Positions 61,750 to 64,000 of a DNA stretch of 64,000 bases are shown here, one piece after another. Source of the stretch: Haplodiscus bocki. Lineage: Eukaryota. The notes below the pieces were generated by a model. It saw nothing but the letters and a program-made list of their open reading frames with translations. It ran no database searches and had not been told where the DNA came from. The position numbers were made by a program, and so were the translations under genes. Position 1 is the first letter of the stretch, and the number at the start of each line of letters is the position of its first letter. The stretch lies in assembly GCA_965655095.1 (NCBI GenBank), contig OZ296649.1, positions 38,192,001-38,256,000 of the forward strand, in the 5' to 3' direction.

Positions 61750-63028
61750 GATTTGGCACAAAGTCGTTGTATTGCACAGGATCCCCAGTCAATGTCGATG
61801 AATGCTGCTAAATTATTCAGGTGCTGTTAATTATTTCGTTTTTGTTGTTGTGGAAGTGTTATCAGAGGTGTTTTAACAACCGCTCTCTTTAATGGTAGTT
61901 TAATGGTAGCCTTTTAACAAGCACACAAGTTCTGTTCACAAAACTTGGCATTCTGGACACGCCTCGGTCAAATTCGGTTACGTTACTCCCTCTCGATAAG
62001 CGCAAATCTTTCTTCGGACAAACAAACTTGCAACATCAAAGCTGAATTGACCTTTTAATCATTTGGATAGAAATGAAGGATCTTGCAGTTGCATATACAG
62101 TGATAGTGGAAGTAGATGACTGGATATATGGAACCGTACCTATTCACTTTGTAGTTGCCTTTGACCCAAAACACACATTTCTTCTGCACGTCCTCAATAT
62201 TTTCAAGGGTTCGCCACTTTTGCATATGAACAACTGCAACCTGATAACCAGACAGGTAAGACATTTGTATAACACCAACTTACCTTAGTTTGAGATGCGA
62301 GGTGAACTTCGACTGAGCTTGATAAGCTTTGATAAGCTTGAAGTACAAAGGCTTTACTTGATGCCTTTTCAATGTGCTTTTCCCATCTCAAATCTTCTTA
62401 TACGAGGACTCGGAGAGCAATTTTGCTGATCTCTTTTCAATAGCCTTTTCCTGAATTTAGCATTTATTTGGAGAATTGATCATTGAAAGGTGAGAAAAAT
62501 TTGCAACACTCAGTGATAGCATGTGTGAGTCAGTCCATCTTTTAACGGGAGCAAGGTTGAGTTGAACTTGAAGTCATGTCTTGGTCATTGAGATGAACTT
62601 TGCACCGTCTGCATACACCATACACTTTACACTGGTCTGGTCAGGCGTTGATGAAGACTAAGGGCAAAAAAACTTGGAACTTCGAGTTCTTCTGTATGTC
62701 GCAGGAAATATTTTCGGAAAAAAACAACTAATTCTTAGCCGCTCGGTATTTTGCGGAACGTAAGACATCAATAAATTGAAAATTTCGGCTGGAACTCTGA
62801 GCCTTTAAAAAGTTTTACAAGAACTACCTCGTGGGGTACCTTGTCAAAGGTTTTTTTTCGTTGTTTTGTAAAAAATGTGGATGATCTCTTTCAAGTTCAT
62901 AGCTTCATATGTCGCAGCACACCTGCGAGGCACGCGGCCAGCCCCTACCAACTAAAAAGACACCCTAACACTCAGGAAAGAATCAAACATTACAAACTTT
63001 TAATCAAACTCCAAATGTTATCATAGCA
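61750..63028 (-). mobile_element. Decayed LINE RT and 3' fragment
   Basis: DKVPH (~62845), YADGAKF (~62615), RWEKHIEK and LENI..VQKK...WV. Confidence 0.7.
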
Positions 63029-63517
63029 CGTATTTTTGACTGTTGTGCACATATACGGATACGTATATAATACGTATCCCTAACAATGCACATATAAATG
63101 GGTATGTATTTATACGGAATCGAACTGATCCGGACTAGGACGGACCGTTACTGAACAAACAGGTATTCATAGAGTATTATTTTATTTTATTTTTTTTACT
63201 AAGGAAATATTTTACCCTTTTCCATCTAGGGAATATCCCCTTTTAAGACTCTAAACAAAACGTCGGCGCGGGAATAAACACTTTGATGTCCATCTCTGAC
63301 GGATTAGGACCGTCCATTTTCTGTCGAAAGATGGAAAAGGCGCGTCCTATGAGGGAAGAGATGGCTGAAAGATTTGTTTATTTCCCGCCAGAGTCGGCAT
63401 TTTTTACTTTGATGTTTTATTTTATAAAGTATTTTTTCCTATTTGTACCTTGACTTGGTGTGTAAACAATTATGTTTCCCGCCAGGAAAAGGCATTTATA
63501 GGAGAAATGAAACTACA
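63029..63517 (+). repeat. Putative 5' LTR (489 bp) of LTR-type element copy 2
   Basis: (C/T)GTATTTTT...TACA, with strong similarity to the reverse complement of 60053-60310 and 60890-61104. E2F-type sites at 63265, 63381 and 63475. Confidence 0.7.
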
Positions 63518-63677
63518 AAAGAGAGAAGTGTTGTTATTATTTTTGAGTACTGACGATAATATCCAGTATTGTTAATTCCCTTCGTTGTATTATTGGAAAC
63601 TTGAAAAACCCGAATTGATTTTCCTTCAGCAAAAATATTCAAGTATTAGCAACGGATCATTACTTTTCCCGTAGAAA

Positions 63678-64000
63678 ATGGCAACTCGAAACAAGAGAAA
63701 ATTGGCAGCATTAAATAAGAAAAACTGTGAGGAACATCCTAGGAGCAACTTGGCACAAAACTCGAATGTTCCCAGATCGAAGGAAGACTACATAACTCAA
63801 GTTTCTGAGGAAATTGAGGGAAGAGTCACTAAAAGGTTGTCGAAAGAGTTTAGCAGAACGGAAAACCACATACTAGGCGCATTAGCACGTCTTGATGACT
63901 TCCTCATGAACCCGCTAATTCAGGGCCACTCCGGAACCGCTCCGGAGACGTCCCGGAACGTATTTCGTACTAGCCAGGGAACGAATGAAGACGACTCCCA
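63678..64000 (+). CDS. gag-like ORF of LTR-type element copy 2, runs off the window
   Basis: MATRNKRKLAALNKKNCEEHPRS...DYITQVSEEIEGRVTKRLSKEFSRTENHILGALARLDDFLMNP, open to the window edge. Confidence 0.7.
   Translation, partial: MATRNKRKLAALNKKNCEEHPRSNLAQNSNVPRSKEDYITQVSEEIEGRVTKRLSKEFSRTENHILGALARLDDFLMNPLIQGHSGTAPETSRNVFRTSQGTNEDDS

Noticed and set aside
59501-64000. One large element with long terminal inverted repeats (Polinton or foldback)
   Set aside because: The arms are clearly diverged, differ in LTR length, point outward and enclose only LINE debris. Two independent insertions fit better.

Overview
This is AT-rich eukaryotic (invertebrate animal) nuclear DNA, not prokaryotic, so most ORF-track entries are exon pieces, antisense shadows or transposon debris. 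From memory the repeat families resemble acoel-worm assemblies; this is unverified. Two minus-strand host genes can be spliced by hand. (1) MRPL49, 211 aa, has exons 35568-35274 and 12484-12144 separated by a 22.8-kb intron. The intron holds a nested stack: a decayed Gypsy element carrying a TARG1/OARD1-type macrodomain, split by a two-LTR BEL/Pao element and by a mariner-like remnant plus a ~173-bp satellite. (2) A 7-exon armadillo-repeat gene (442 aa visible) starts almost immediately downstream and runs into a degenerate TIR-like motif. The right half is mostly CR1-type LINEs: one near full length, and one dead copy with an exact 4 x 1728-bp near-identical tandem amplification. At the right end are two divergently oriented LTR-gag elements. 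Their LTRs carry covarying ACGT-N7-ACGT hairpins and conserved E2F-type sites but no tRNA primer-binding site. Boundaries of decayed repeats are approximate and all comparisons were made by eye.
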